Shown here: one piece after another, positions 1 to 16,296 of the stretch
Layout of the letters: every line of letters begins with the position of its first letter
Numbering within the stretch: the stretch's first letter is position 1
Assembly: GCA_000320545.1 (NCBI GenBank)
Contig: ADNK01001279.1
Span: 1-64,000, forward strand
Direction: 5' to 3'
DNA: 64,000 bases
Origin: Bigelowiella natans CCMP2755
Taxonomy: Eukaryota; Protista; Cercozoa
The notes under the pieces: model-generated
What the model was told of the DNA's origin: nothing
Database searches by the model: none
Seen by the model: the letters and a program-made list of their open reading frames with translations, nothing else
Made by a program: the position numbers and the translations under genes

Positions 1-240
1 GGGGGGGGGGGGGGGGGGGAATGGGGGGGAAAAGGAGTTTTTCAAAATTTGCCCTTGCCCAGAAAAAGTTTTAGTGGTAGAATTTGAATTTTAGTTTCAA
101 ATTCTTTTGGCTCTTGGAAGAAGTGAGAAGATGATAAATATGCCTACTAGCTCTACTCTTCTGAGGTAATCCCGGCCCCCCCCAAGGACCCCCCCCCCCC
201 CCCTCCCCCCCACCTCCCCCCCCCACGCCGCGTAATACAG

Positions 241-998
241 CGCTCCGAGAATCCAAGTCCACGCAGCAGCGGCCCTCTTCAACTTTGTGGAGAATTGTGA
301 GGAGAAGATACTTGAGGGGTATGCGGATACGATCATCGTGGAGCTCGTCAAAGTGCTGAAATCGGGTAGTGAAACAACACTGAGAAGAAGAAGAACAACA
401 GCATGCAGCATGGTGGTGATGGGGCAAGTATCATGTATGCGTGTGCGAATGTTTGTTTGTATGTGTTTATGTATACGCATATACGTGGTGGTTGAGGTGG
501 TGGTGGTGTGTTATTTGTAGGTTCTCGCTCCGTCCAAGAGCAGGTGCTCACGACAATCGCTTGTGTATCTGGTGGGGCTGCTGCTTTCTGTGCTCGCATA
601 ATATACAATACAATACGTTACATTACATTAATACACACAGTAACACACACACAACACATCGTGGCTTTTGCAGGGCAAATGAATGGCTAAATCTCCTCTC
701 CCCTCCTTTTTTATTGTGCGTTTTGTGTGTAGGAGCTGCACCGAAGTGCTTCCAAAAGCATTTCGAAAATGTCGCAGGGTGAGTTGAGTACTGGACACGT
801 GTGTGGATTGATTGATTGATTGATTGGTTGATTTATGGTAGTATTGAATGCATGCATACGTTCTAGCAGCCCAAATATTGCGGAGGACGCGACTTATGTG
901 TGTGTGTGTGTGTGGTGACCTCCTCATCAGGCTCGTAATGTATATTCTTACAAACACGAATGGCAAGGTGATTGTCATGTCATGTGTTCTCACCGTGC

Positions 999-1032
<34 letters not shown>

Positions 1033-2000
1033 TTATTTATTTATATACATATATTAAGGAATAGATAGAAAATTATGATAATAAATACACCAATTATTTC
1101 CAAATGTCAACAACAACAACAATTACAACAACACGACAACGATAAAATTACTACTCAGGAATACGAAAGACTGCGAGCTCGGTCTATGGAATGTATCTCT
1201 TATATTGGTAAGGAGAATCCTACCCCTCACTCACTCACTCACCGGGGGGGAGGGGGGAGGGTTAAATGATAATGATAATGATGACGATGATAATGATGAT
1301 GATGATGATGTAATTCCCAACAGAATTCGTGTTTCGCAGAAATTGACGATAATGCACAAGATGTACACAATATGACGACGAAATCCGTTGTCCGCTATAA
1401 TATCACTTCCATTTCAATAAATCAATGAAGAAGAAGAAGAGGGAGATGGTTGTGATGATTATGATTATGATGGTGATGGCCACGATGAAAGGTATGTCAG
1501 TCGGCCCGGAGAAGTTTGGCCCATACGCAGGTAGTAGTGGTAGTAGTAGTGCTACTGAACTGCTATTGTGGACCACCAACCAAATCAATGATGATTTTGA
1601 TGATTTGATGATTTGATGATGACAATGATGACAATGATGACAATGATGACAATCATGATGATGGCCGATGAGAAAATACAACAGAATTATTGGTTGTGGT
1701 ACCGGTACTTATTTCTTTCCTTTCAATTACAATATGTAGCCAATCTCATGAAGCTCTTTGGATCCATGATTGATGTGAGGCAGCACAGAAAACTAAAGCA
1801 GCAGCAGCAGCAACAACAACACAACACAACATCACAACTTTCACGTCTGCTACCAAGATCAAGATCAATCAATTTCATAATTCTTACTTAAAAAAATCGT
1901 AATACGAAATATTACTTATGAAACACACACACACACACACACACACGGGAACGCAGTGGGAGAAGTGTCACGCAACACACAGATTCATCATTTGCACATT

Positions 2001-2045
<45 letters not shown>

Positions 2046-2833
2046 GTAATGATAATGTACATGTACATGTACTTGATTGAGAACGGGATGGTTGACATAA
2101 TACGTCGTTTGTGCTGCTGCGACATGCCGACGCCCATGCTTACAGAAAGGCTTTGCTCCTGATGATACGACGAGACAGGTATGATTACGATCGATCTTTA
2201 CAAAGAGAGAGGAAAGGGGAGAGGGAGTGAGAGGAACTTTATCATCATTCTCTCCATCATCATCAATCACTAGTACATGCTCCAAGCGTGGACTCGTATC
2301 GCTACGGTCATGAAGAAGGGATTTACTCCTTATCTGAAATATGTCATTCCAGAGGTAACTACTTACCTAGGATAGTAATAGAAGTTTAACCCAATCCCCC
2401 CCCCCCCCCTTCTCTCTCCCTCTTCAGTCCTCAGTGAGAGATTTGTTGCTTGATGTTATGTGTTTGTCGCTTCCTTGATGGGCAAACTATTCCTCCTCCT
2501 CCTCCTCCTCCTCCTCCTCCTCCTCCTCTTCTTCTTCTTCTTCTTCTTCTTCTCCAAAAGGTGTTTAAGGTCGCGGAGCGGAAATTAGAATTTGAAAACT
2601 TAAACGTTTCTGGAGGGTCCACTCTAGGTTAGACAGCACACACGCAAACACGATCGTATCAGCACACTGTTGTTGTGGTTGTCGTTGTAGTCGTCTGCCA
2701 AGTCTTTATTCTTGTAAATCAATGATGATCTACTGCATCGAGGCGGTCTAATATAAACCAGCGCTCTCTACTTCTTCGTGTTTGTCGTGGATCATGAACA
2801 TGAGAATGCAGATGCTGTTGTGCATAGTGACCA

Positions 2834-2870
<37 letters not shown>

Positions 2871-3282
2871 CCACGACTGCTTATCTTCTCCCGTTATCGT
2901 CGGAATAGCTACATAATCATCATCCTCACCATCATCATCATCGTCATCATCATTATTATCATCATTACTATCATCATTACTATCATCATTTTCAGGGCTG
3001 ATAGGACTGACCTCGTCGCTTGAAGAAAAGGCGACGGCGTGTGCAATGCTGTGTAGCTTCGCAAATGATATCAAAGAGGGTTACTTTCCTTACGTGGAAG
3101 CAGTAATAACTAACGATCAAACATGACTAATGAACTAACGAATGGCTCTCACCGAAGATCAACATTCACCGTATCCATATGGACAACGATGTTTTTCGCG
3201 TAATTACGAAATTGCAACCTTCGGCGATATATGCACACGCAACACAAATCACATATATGAATAAATTATAAACATACTCACA

Positions 3283-3337
<55 letters not shown>

Positions 3338-4391
3338 TGTGTGCGTGTGTGTGCGTGCGTTTACTATATGCTCTCAAAAGTCTGCCTTCATAATCATGGC
3401 TAGCACCATCATCATCATCATTATCATCATCATCATCATCGTGATCTCACAATTTCTCACACAATCTCTCTCTTATCATCATTCATTAAATTATCATCAT
3501 CATCGTCATGATGCCTCACCTTCGTAAACGATTCTCTGATTAATGTTCCTACCACCCCCATCAAGACCGTCAAAGTGATGCTACCGCTTATGGAGTATTA
3601 CCTGAACGATGAGGTGTGGGGGTGCATGCAGTTGCCGAATAAGGGAGAAAAGGGGGGGGGGGGGGGGTTCATTCATTAGATGAGTGAATTTGTAGTACCC
3701 TTCTGACAGACTCAGATTTATTTTTTGACTAATACGCTTTATGTTCTTTATCATCTGACTCCTCAGGTTCGTAAGTGTGCCGTATCGATAATGCCCACCC
3801 TCCTTGAGATCACCATATCGGTCGGTTAATAATACTTCATTAGGCACAACTCATCACGAATAATAAATTTGATGATGATGCACACGCCACCGAAGCCTGT
3901 CAAGATATAAAATAATGATAACAGCAATGATGATAATTGATAGCAAATACAGTAGTAAACACGGCCACCACACCATGTACATTTCATATCGATAGAGAGT
4001 CTTCAACCTGTTGTTCCTTTACCATCATCGTATGCATATGACATTATCATCATCATCATCGTCGTCATCGTCATCTTTCTTACATGAGGCTGCTGCTTCT
4101 CACTCACTCACTCACTACTACTACTACCACTCCAGGCTGTGAAAGAGCGGAAAGCCAACGAGACTTTTCTCTACAACATGTTCAGCACGTATGTTATATG
4201 TGTGTATTACCACAAAACGAATGGCACCACACTACCACCGACGACGAGTAGTAGTAGTAATGGTAGTATGAATCCCAAGCTTGCAATATTTTTGTCTAGG
4301 GTTACGAAGAAGATGCTGGAATGCACAGATAGAGAACCAGATACGGAAGTGCTGATGGACTTTGTTGCAGGGTGGTGATCGTCATCATGAT

Positions 4392-4434
<43 letters not shown>

Positions 4435-4579
4435 CTCTCATTTTCTCCCCCCCCCCTCTCTCTTCTTCTTCCTCCTCCTCCTCCTCCTCCTCCTCCTCCT
4501 CCTTCACCTCCTTTTAGGATCCAAAAATGCATTCAAATGGCCAAGCCTCTCGGCAGAAAGTAAGTAGTCGCTGATGATG

Positions 4580-4611
<32 letters not shown>

Positions 4612-5790
4612 CGGGAGGAGGAGGAGGAGGAGGAGGAGGGGAATACTCCTCTGACATAGAAAAAGAAGAAGAAGAAGAAGAAGAAGAAGAAGAAGACGAC
4701 GAAGAAGGGTTATTAAGGGAAAAGAGAAGGACGAGGGCCTTCATATAATTAAGTTCTACCGATTTTGAGAGAGAAAAGACAGCGGGGCAAAGTTAGAATA
4801 TCTCGATGATATATTGATGATTGTTTATAATAATACGCAGATGCATAAACCAAGATGCCTTGGAGATAATAGGTGGGACAACAATTCCAACCTGTTGATA
4901 GGCCTCGTAAGAATGATGGTGATAATGATGATGACGAGGAGGAGGAGGAAGAGAAGGAGGAGGATGATAATGACGGCGATAACGAACCTCCTTGCATTTC
5001 TATTAAAGCATTGGTGTTAGTTACTACTCGCAAGTCTAATTCTGCTATTGCTGCTGTGCTACTACTTCTTGCTCCTTCTCCTCTTCCCTTCTCTGCATAT
5101 TTCCAGGAAAAGCATTGCTGAATCTACTCGGGAAATCGATGCAGAAAATCGAGAATTTGGAGAAAAGGAAAATGTGAGCATGCATAGAAAAGCACAGCGC
5201 ACGCTTTCACTCACACAACCGGCGCTTGTAAATCTGATATGTATCATAGTAATCTTTTCCCGTTCGATGCCGTCATTACTACTTACTATTCCTCATCATC
5301 ATCATCATCATCATCATCATCGCCATCTTCCTTTTGGCAAACGCTCACAACGCAATAGACTGAATGGAGAATAGCTAAAGAATAGCCGTAATAATATGTT
5401 TTCAAGTTAACACACAAACCTATGTTTGTGATGGGCAAAATAGGCGAAAGGATATAGATGAAGAAGCGGTGGAAAAGCTGGACATGAAGGTGAAACAAAC
5501 GATGTACTCAACTGCGAATTAGGAAGAATAGTAACTCTCAGAAAGTGAGCGGTCTCCCCTCCTAATGGCAAAGATGACTTTTTAATCCTTTTCCTTCCTC
5601 CTCCTCTTTCCTCCCTCCCTCCAATTTTCTTTTTCTTCTTCTTCATCTATATATCAGGCTGAGCAGGAGGACCACTTGAGTTTTATGGCTGCAGATTGCA
5701 TAGGAACACTCATCAAATCACATAGTAAGTAGTAGTAGTAGTAGTAGTAGTAGTAGGGTAAGGAGTACAAAGTAGTGGTGTTAGTAGTGT

Positions 5791-5823
<33 letters not shown>

Positions 5824-6002
5824 AAGAAGAAGAAGTAGCAGTAGTTGGTATAAGTAGTAAGTAGTAGGCCTAGTAGTAGTGGTAGTAGTAGTAGTAGTAG
5901 TAGTAGTAGTAAGTAGTAGTAGTAATAATTGCACTGTTAGTGCTTGAGTGTAGGAATGAGTAGATATTGGTAATTCGCAGCTACATAACTGCTCCTCCTT
6001 TC

Positions 6003-6034
<32 letters not shown>

Positions 6035-7245
6035 CATAATGTGTGATATTATTATTGTATCATCAATCAACAAGAAGCAAAGCTGCTGCTGCTTGCCCTG
6101 AATGCTTTCTCTTCCACGTGCTGTTGATACGAATGCACGCGAGCGCACAGAAAAATAAAGGGGGATGGTGCTCGCAGTACCACCACCACCATCATCATCA
6201 TCACCACCACCACCACCACAATTATCATCTTCATCATAATCGTGTGTTTATTATGAATGCTGATGTTGATATGCACAGGACAAGCATTCTTGGGGACATT
6301 TGATAAACTTGGACGAGCAATAATGCTCATGCTACACGTAAGTACCTGCCTCCATACATTCGTGATTTTTATAGAAACATATCCATCACTGAGGAAGGAA
6401 CGATGGCGAGGATGTTGATGACAATCGTTGTAGCAGTAGTAGTAGTAGTAGTGGTAGTAGTAGTAGTACGCTTGTTGGTTATTGGTATGCTGCTACTGCT
6501 GCTGCGAAGATATGTGACAGTATATACATAGACCATGTAATAAGATTCATACGATATAATAATACACGACGACTACGATGATAATGATGATGGATGGTGT
6601 TGATGGGATTATCACGATTAATATCCACGCCTTCACCCACTTATGCTTCTTCTTCTTCTTCTTCTGCTTCTTCTTCTTCTGCTTCTTCTTCTTCTTCTTC
6701 TTCTTCTTCTTCTTCTTCTGCATTTCCCTTTGCTCTTCATCTTTTTGTTTGTTGATTATTCTCTAATGTGCAGCCCTCCCGTACTGCTTTGACTCGCAAA
6801 TACGCTGTTTTCATCATCGATGATCTTATCGAGTTCATAGGTAGTAGGCCCTTTTGTGAGAAATGAGAGCATGTTGTGGACATCTGCTATCATAACGTAC
6901 CATAAACTGCTGCTGCTGCTACTACTACTACTAAATTGAATTTATCATACAGAATCGCAGCTACCATCGCCTCAGCCCACCACCACCACCACCACCATCA
7001 TCACATTGTTTCTCATCATCATTATCTTCAGTATATAATTATGCGCAGCATGCTTCTCCTTCTCCCTCCTCTCCTCCTCCTCCTCCTCCTCCCCCTTTCC
7101 TTCATTCTTCTTCACCGCCTCCTGATGTGATAAATAATCCCCTCCTTCTCCTCCTCCTCCTCCTCCAAATCTGTGTTTTCTTGCTAGGAGCAGATTCTGG
7201 AAAATACTTTCGGAAGATCATTCCACCCCTTCTTCGGTTCGTTGT

Positions 7246-7277
<32 letters not shown>

Positions 7278-7322
7278 TGAATAACACTCTTAGACGGAGA
7301 ATATATGATATCATAAAGGTAT

Positions 7323-7358
<36 letters not shown>

Positions 7359-7523
7359 CATAAGTAAAAAAGAAACATATTATAGATGTATATATAAATA
7401 TAGTTTGTGTTCCCTCCCCTTGACGTTACCACTACTTTGATTGTTACTCGTTCTATGTACTCGGCAGATATGCGAAAGACAAAGACCCAGCATTGCAGCA
7501 AGCCTGTGTGTATGGGTACTTGT

Positions 7524-7558
<35 letters not shown>

Positions 7559-9500
7559 TGTAGCAGTAGTAGGAGTAGTGATAGAGCAGCAGAGCACTGT
7601 GCAGCATAGACTTTTCACGATGGTTTCCTCCTAAACACACAACACCAGAGGAGCTTTCTCGTAGGGGTTCGGAAAGGATGACAATGGATGATGATTATGT
7701 TTCAAATTATTTGTTTGATCATTCACACACATACACACATATACATAAATATAAATATATATATATATATATATATAATATACCACCATCACCACATCCA
7801 CCGCTATCATCATCGACTTTTGATCATTAACTCAATCATCGTCGTTATTCTTCCCTAGAACCTACTCCTACAATTACTACTACTACTACTAGTAGTAGTA
7901 GTAGTAGTGCTGACTCTGCTCCTTCTTACTCTTCTTCTTACAACACAGACTTGCAGTATCTGCAGAGCACGGGGGAGAGACTTTCAACAATTACGTCAAT
8001 CAATCGCTTAAGGTGATAGTTAGTGTTGTTGATGGTAGTAGTAGTAGTAGTAGTAGTAGTAGTACAAAGGGCCAGGCTATAAGAAGAAAAGTAGCAGACA
8101 AACACTTGCGAATTATATAGTGTGATCATGTGCGCTGATGATAACTCGAGCCACGAAGAAGCTTTTAAAACTTGTTTTGCCCTTCCTGTTGTACCTAAGT
8201 TTAATTTTCTGATTAATCTTATCATCACCCATGAAGCTTCATCATCATCATCGTCATCATCGTTATCCTAACCATTACATCATATATTATCATTAGACGC
8301 TAGGAGAGGCTATCACTACCAACCGGAAGATACCTAATGGTATAAGTACAGTATTGACAATATCAATAACACATATAGAGGTAGCATCATCATGTGTATC
8401 CTAATGCTCATTGTATATGCGCCTCAGTAAGTGCACGAACAAAGGAGTTACTACGTGTCTATACATCATTTAATCAAAACAAATCATGTTTTCTGACGTT
8501 ATATATTTCTGATCGTTCAGCCACTGACGACGTGAAATCAGCAACGGATAACGCAATATCAGCCTTTGCCAAAACATGCAAGTTCCGGGTATTATTATGA
8601 GTAATATATGTAATTCTATGTCAATCATACTTGATTTGTGTAGAGATTATTGGTTTCATCTGGTGATCGTGGTTGTTGTGGAGGTTTTCACATAAAATAT
8701 GCTACACGTACTTCAACAATAGTTATCTGTGAACTTTAATAGGGGTCAAGGATAGATTTGAGCAAAGCTCTGCCAGCATTCCTTCATTGGCTTCCACTTG
8801 AGGTAGATTAATAATGTTAGAAAGTGATATCATCACTCACTTACTCAACCTTTTATTGAGAAATACTAGCAGTCACGTCATATACCACGATCGATCTCAT
8901 TGGAATGAATCGTCGTTCTACTATCTAATGCATTATCCAAACTACGTGGTGTGCGTGCGCGCGCGTGTGTGTGTGTGTGTTTGTGCTTGCATGACAAATG
9001 ACGAATGGATAGGTCGACGAGTCGGAGGCCGGCAATGTGTACTCGATCTTCTGCTCTCTCGTTGAATCAAACAACAAACACTTGCTAGGAGAGAACATGA
9101 ACTTCCTTCCCCAGGTAGGAATGCAGTGGTGATGGTGGTGATGACGATAGGATGGTGACAATGTGATAATGATATTGAAGGTTAGTATCATCATCATCAA
9201 AAACAACATCATCATCATCATTCATATAGGTTGTAAAGATCTTGGTTATGGTCTGCGGTACGACAATGATAGATCAAGTAAAAATGCTGCAATTACTTTT
9301 CCAAAGGATCTATTTCTACTCAAACTGCTAAAATAAAATCAACATTGCTATATTAATATGAATGCTGTGTGTGCCATTATGTATATTTCATTGTGAGAGG
9401 GGAGAGGGAAAATAGAGAGGAATAGAGATTGAGCAAACATAAAATCAGCTGATGAATTAGCAATTAAAGAAAAATGATTCTCTGGGTTCGCTCTTCTTCC

Positions 9501-9541
<41 letters not shown>

Positions 9542-9737
9542 CCATCTACTTTCTCCTCATGCTTCAATCATTAATCTTTTTCAAAATTTTCCACAGAATA
9601 TGACGGGAAGGATGATGCGGTTGGTTGTAAATATTAACAAGCGGATACCGAAAAATGCTTTACAAGCCTTGAAAGCTAGGCTTCCTGGCCCGGTGAAAGA
9701 AAAAATGGCAAAGATTCTAGCGCATTGCAACAAGTAG
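241..9737 (+). CDS. IPO5: Importin-5 / karyopherin beta-3 (Kap121/RanBP5 family), 3' part; many small exons, 5' end outside the window
   Basis: Hand-spliced exons give APRIQVHAAAALFNFVENCEEKIL (241-365), SVQEQVLTTIACVS, EYERLRARSMECISYIG, MSVGPEKF, YMLQAWTRIATVMKKGFTPYLKYVIP, TSSLEEKATACAMLCSFANDIKEGYFPYVE, YYLNDE/VRKCAVSIMPTLL, DREPDTEVL, KYAVFIIDDLIEF, DPALQQACVYG, SATDNAISAFAK, LPAFLHWLPL, VDESEAGNVYSIFCSLVESNN, and a last exon ending KILAHCNK* at 9737. These are colinear with importin-5 HEAT-repeat motifs as I recall them (PRVQAHAAAAL, LRGKTIECISLIG, YMISAWARMC, LEEKSTACQML). Confidence 0.9.
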
Positions 9738-11556
9738 AAGAAGGTGAAGCTTGAGACAGAAAATAACTGATGACCTGTGCGTAGTATAGTACGTCACCTC
9801 ATGTACGTAGCATAATAAGCAATCAGAATTAAGTTGTGTTATAAAGTTACGGCTGCATGCAAGCAGGGAATAAGTCGCATTCTTTTGCATGTTCTTAGTT
9901 GGCGCGTATACATGCCCAACACAGATGTGCATTGCGCGTCAGGCATATGTGCATGACGTGCACGCAGAAGCACATAGAACTGGTACAGAGCGACTCACGC
10001 TGCCATCGCTGTGCATATTATAGACACGTAATGTCATCATGCATACAGTCATTTAACAAAAATAACAACATCTCATCCTGCTCCTCAACAAGTGAGCACA
10101 CCGCTAGACCGCCCCTTCTTCTTGCCTGTCGCACCGCACAGCTAGACCTTGAGACAGCGACGCGCATCCAGCCATGCTAGCGCATGCATGCTAGCATGAC
10201 CATGTCTAGATGTGGTGCGCATAGCATGCAGTCTTGGGTAGCTAGCTAGCGATGCGCGTGCAGCAATGTGCACACAAATGCGGTGCGAAGTGAACAACAG
10301 GGTGGTCTGCGAAGTGCTCAGAGGAGAGGAAGATGAGGTGTGTCCTTTCTTGGACATGCATTTGTCAAATGATCGACAGCATGCAACCGCGACATCAATT
10401 GCCATGTCCATAGCTGCTAGATGTCGTCGCTGCATGCACATCAGTGCATGTGTCCCGCCTGTCGCGTAATTGCGCAACATGATGCACATGGCATGACATC
10501 AGTCTGCAGTCTAGCTAGCAGTCTAGCAGTGCATGGCGGCTGCAGGCCCGGGCCGCGCTTGCTAGCTTGCCCCCTGTTACTTTGTGACGAGACGACGGAC
10601 GCAACATGAATTGAGCTAGTCTAGTAGTGTGCAGCTAGCGCGTGCGCATGCTGCATTCATTTGGCCGTTTTGTTCGTGCGGAAAGCGCATTCTCAGAATG
10701 CGATGCGATGCGCGCGGTTGGAATCGAACATTCCATTCCTGCATGCGCTGCGTGCAGGATCGAATGTTCTGCTTTGCATGTTTCAAGCACGTACGTACAT
10801 GCATGCACAGTACGTAGTCAATTGCATTCGATTCATCACGAACACAATTCATTTGGACGTGCACCACATCGTCGTCTGCGCTGCAGCGCGCGCGACAGAG
10901 AATCGAACCGCTATAGGTTTACAATAGGCGCCCGCGCATCACAAGATCACAAGCTAGCAAGTGATCAAATCTTTTGTCAACGCACAATGCAATGGTCACG
11001 CACGTACAATGCTATGGTCGATCATCCCGCCAGCAACATGCGCAATGATGCGCAGCTGTGCAACAAGTGTGCGCAAAGCAGCAGCTACCACGCTCACATG
11101 GCATGGCCAGCACTAGAGTAGTTAGTAGTTAGCAGGTCATGTTTGTGGTCGCGACTGCGTTGTTGCTCACGCATCGCATATGGCTAGATGGGCTAGTGCA
11201 CAGGGCACAACGCAACTGAGGCGATGGCTTGTGCCAGACTGCATACCCATGGCATCCGCCGTGTGCACACTCCAACGGATGCATTTTGCCCCATCTCGCT
11301 CAGCACATCATTGCGCCCGTAATAAGTAAATGAACATGCATTTTTAGGCGCACACGCGTCGAATTGCGGCTTCGCCTTGCAAGAGTGCAATGCATATTGC
11401 CGCGACGAATGTCTGTTCTGTGGTGACACCGTTTCCAAATCAGTACCATGCAAGCAATGCAAAGTTGAACATTGCATTAATTGTCTTACTTTTGGACTTT
11501 AATTACTCAAATTAAATTGGATACACTTGCACATACATCTCATCGAATGAATATGT

Positions 11557-12954
<1,398 letters not shown>

Positions 12955-13753
12955 TCAGGGAGTTCGAGATATGATCCAATGGATATGTGTGAAATAAGTA
13001 TAATTAGTATCTTCGTGCAGGAACTAAGAACAGTCGAATATCGAAAATAAATAGAAAAACTCTATTCCTGCAGCTAATTTGTATGTCTCAAAAATAAACC
13101 GGCCTATATTTTTTGTTTATCCACCACAAAAAAGTGTAATTATTCCTTGAATATGAATGAATTAGTTCACATTTTTTTCAAGATCTAGAAAATGTTGCGC
13201 TACTCTTTGAAAATGGATGATTTGAATCAGAACGATAAATATATTCAATATATGATGTCAAACAGAATGAATTCAAGTTCATAATAAAATGTATTTTAGT
13301 AAATTTTAGAGCTGAAAAAGATACCCGAGATATTCCACCAACCCAACTGCGAGCGTTCGCATAATGCGCGTAGGCAAAGTGCAGGCACACGCCATTTATT
13401 TGGCTAATATCGACCAAACTTAGTTAACGATTTTTTATTTTAAATTGAAAATAAAATTCGATTCTCGAATCTTTGGAGCTTGTTTCCAAAAGATTCCGAG
13501 GAACGTATCCCGTAACGGTCTCTTGATACAGGCAAACCGCCAGTTTGCATCTTCTTAAAAATCGTTGGTACGGGCTGTAACAATTAACGACTAAGATAAA
13601 TTTCAATTTATACCTTAAATATAGGGGTTTATGTATTTGTCAAATTCAGACTATTTCATATTGAGCGACAATAAACTCAAGGAATTGTTGTATCAATTAT
13701 CATCGTACTCGTCCTTGATAGGTACTACTGTACACTGGAAGTCGTCGCTGATA

Positions 13754-14752
13754 ATGGAGGCGGAGGACAGCCATGAAAGCGAGAGAATTGACTGGTGCAG
13801 CCGTGAGAAGAAATATCACCAGGATCGAATTCTTCGCCACATTACGAAGGTATACATTTTCCTCTTTGTCATTATGTTCGTAAATCGGATCATCATCTCC
13901 TGCATGTTGAATGTGCTTCTAGGTAACAACCGAGTTTAGAAACCAGGAGAGAGTATTAATAGCCAAAATGAGGGAACTGGGCAAGTATGACCATAAATTT
14001 AATGATATTGTGCGAGGTTGGCGACATCAGAGACATTTTTCCAACATAGGCTTCGTCAGATGTTAGCTGGTGATGGCGGGAGAACACTTTTGCCCGTTGA
14101 AGTGCATGATGATCTGATCGCTATTTGTAAGAGATTGGAGAAAAACCGAAGCATACACCTCGATATGGTAATTTACACATAATCATAAAACGATCGAATG
14201 CACTTCGAGGAAGTAAAATATGTATTTTGAACAATTGCCAACAGGAAGACGATATTGACGAAGTATTTACCACAACGGAAATATTCTTGGGAGAGCAAGA
14301 TGTAAGCGTGTCTTAATTTCCCCTACCCCCAACTTTATCTTTGTCCGCATCATAAAGCTTGAACGTTTGGAAGATAATAACCAAAAGACGTGATCTCCGG
14401 CTCCTCTTCAATAGGGAATGGGGGAACTGGAGGCACATTCCGCTCTAGAGGGATACAAGCAAAGCCAAAGGTGTCACCATCTCATTTGACATATCCAGCC
14501 CTTATGTAATCCTAACGATGCACCACTGCAGGACAAGGCAAAAGGCTCTAGAAGCAAAGGAGAATGCAAAAGATGCCAAGAGTACAACCTTGATAAAACT
14601 TGTTATCCCCACTCCTCTCTGCATAGACCTTTTTTGCACTGAGCTGCTTTGCAATAACACGGATGTCAGGAAAGCTTGAGGAAGATCAGCAGTTCAAGGA
14701 AAAAATGCCGAAATACTTTTTCAAGGTATACTCACATTTCCATAGCTGTGTG

Positions 14753-14786
<34 letters not shown>

Positions 14787-14812
14787 TCGTCGGTGTGTGT
14801 GTATCGTCGGTG

Positions 14813-14850
<38 letters not shown>

Positions 14851-15424
14851 TATGATTCATTACTTAATAATAATAATGATGATATTGTAATCCATTACTT
14901 AGGAATGCGCAGTGATCGGAAATCGGTATTTTTCCATCGCAGATGGGAAAACCGAGTACAAAGGTGGTGTAGAAGTAAAGATAGATGGTGCTTCAGACGT
15001 TCGACAATTTTCACAATTTTTCCCTCACTCAGGGGGAGAGGTGACGAGCTTAAGACGGCCTGATAAAGATCTTATAGGTATGCTGCTAGTAAGGAAAACA
15101 CATTCTCGTCGAAAAGTCCTCCCTTTTCTTACTTTATGTTTACTCACACATGCGTCTCAATAACTATCATGGCACTCTATCACAGAAATAAAGCCCCATG
15201 AGAATCTGCATCTGCTTGCCCATTGCGTCTTTACATCCGAGGAAAGAGCCCGGATGCAGCCTCTTCCAAGAAATTCCGCTTTGCTCAACACGCCACGAGC
15301 TATCCTGAAGTTTGTTACCGGCGGAAAATACCACTGGTATGAGGATGATGCAATGTTTTGGTTCGAAAAAATCAAGCCAGTACAGCTAAAGCGTTGGTAC
15401 ACGTCTCAAGAAGAATCAGCGTAG
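13754..15424 (+). CDS. Hypothetical multi-exon protein
   Basis: ATG at 13754 (MEAEDSHESERIDWCSREKK...). Successive GT-AG bounded exons (VTTEFRNQERVLIAKMRELGK..., EDDIDEVFTTTEIFLGEQD, GNRYFSIADGKTEYKGGVEVKIDG) and a last exon ending WYTSQEESA* at 15424. One internal junction near 14580-14630 could not be put in frame. No family recognised. Confidence 0.55.
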
Positions 15425-16296
15425 TGAGTGCGGTAAACAGACCCTGCTGACTGGCGAAGGTGATAGACCGTGGCAAGGAATTTAGCTGTTGCTGCTGCAG
15501 CTAGAGAAGAAGAATTTTAACTACTTCCTGCTGCAGCGGCACACTAATGCCAGGTAAAGAAGTTATAGAGGAAAATAGCAATAGGATCACCATCAAGTAG
15601 TGTTCTGGTAGTTGTAGTGGTGGTAAGCAACAGTGTTAGTAGAAGTAGTAGTGATGGTAGTAATTATGGAGTTTGGTGATTCTTGTTGCAGTGGCACGGG
15701 TACTACCACCACCACCACCACCATTTAGGCTGACATATCATCATCCTTAGATTTGCACGAATTCTGCGATGCCCATGTCCTCTATCGGGTGCATCGATTC
15801 GCAAAGTGCAAAGACTAATCACATAGTCATTAGTTGAAAGCAATGCACCGATTTGTGGTGTCGTTGTAATCACATTTTGGCATAGACGTTGATTTTTGTC
15901 GTACTACTAAATTGTGTACATGTCATTTGTGGGCTGTGAGAATCGTCGAATGTCTAATTTGAATTTTCTTGTAGTATTCTGAAGGAGCCAAAATAAAGAC
16001 CGGATGGATAAGCATACTGGCAAGGAAATCTTCAATCGCTAAATGGATCATATTATTAAAAATGATTTACATGCAAAACAGGCCGTCAAAGAATAGAATA
16101 TTTTAAATGAGAAATGTGTTGAGCTACAGGCAACTAAAACAAAAATAAGCTGTACATTTGCAAGTATGTCCATCATGCTTGCTACGACGTCTAGACGAGC
16201 ATGGAAATTGCATGTGGTACCCCTCCTGCTTGCAGATGCATCGCTATATCGACTCGTACGTACCGCTGTTTGCGTGCAGCGCTACATGTAACTACA

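Noticed and set aside
1-30. G-run at the window start as a telomere or G-quadruplex element
   Set aside because: Homopolymer runs are common in this genome's introns; no telomeric repeat unit.
71-9221. Many ORFs with poly-H/M/S/Y/I or CV/YI runs
   Set aside because: Translations of intronic microsatellites; the real coding signal is the small importin-5 exons.
9899-11477. Cys/His/Met/Ala-rich ORFs in intergenic blocks as metal-binding proteins
   Set aside because: The composition follows from TGCA/CATG enrichment on both strands; no motif or splice structure.
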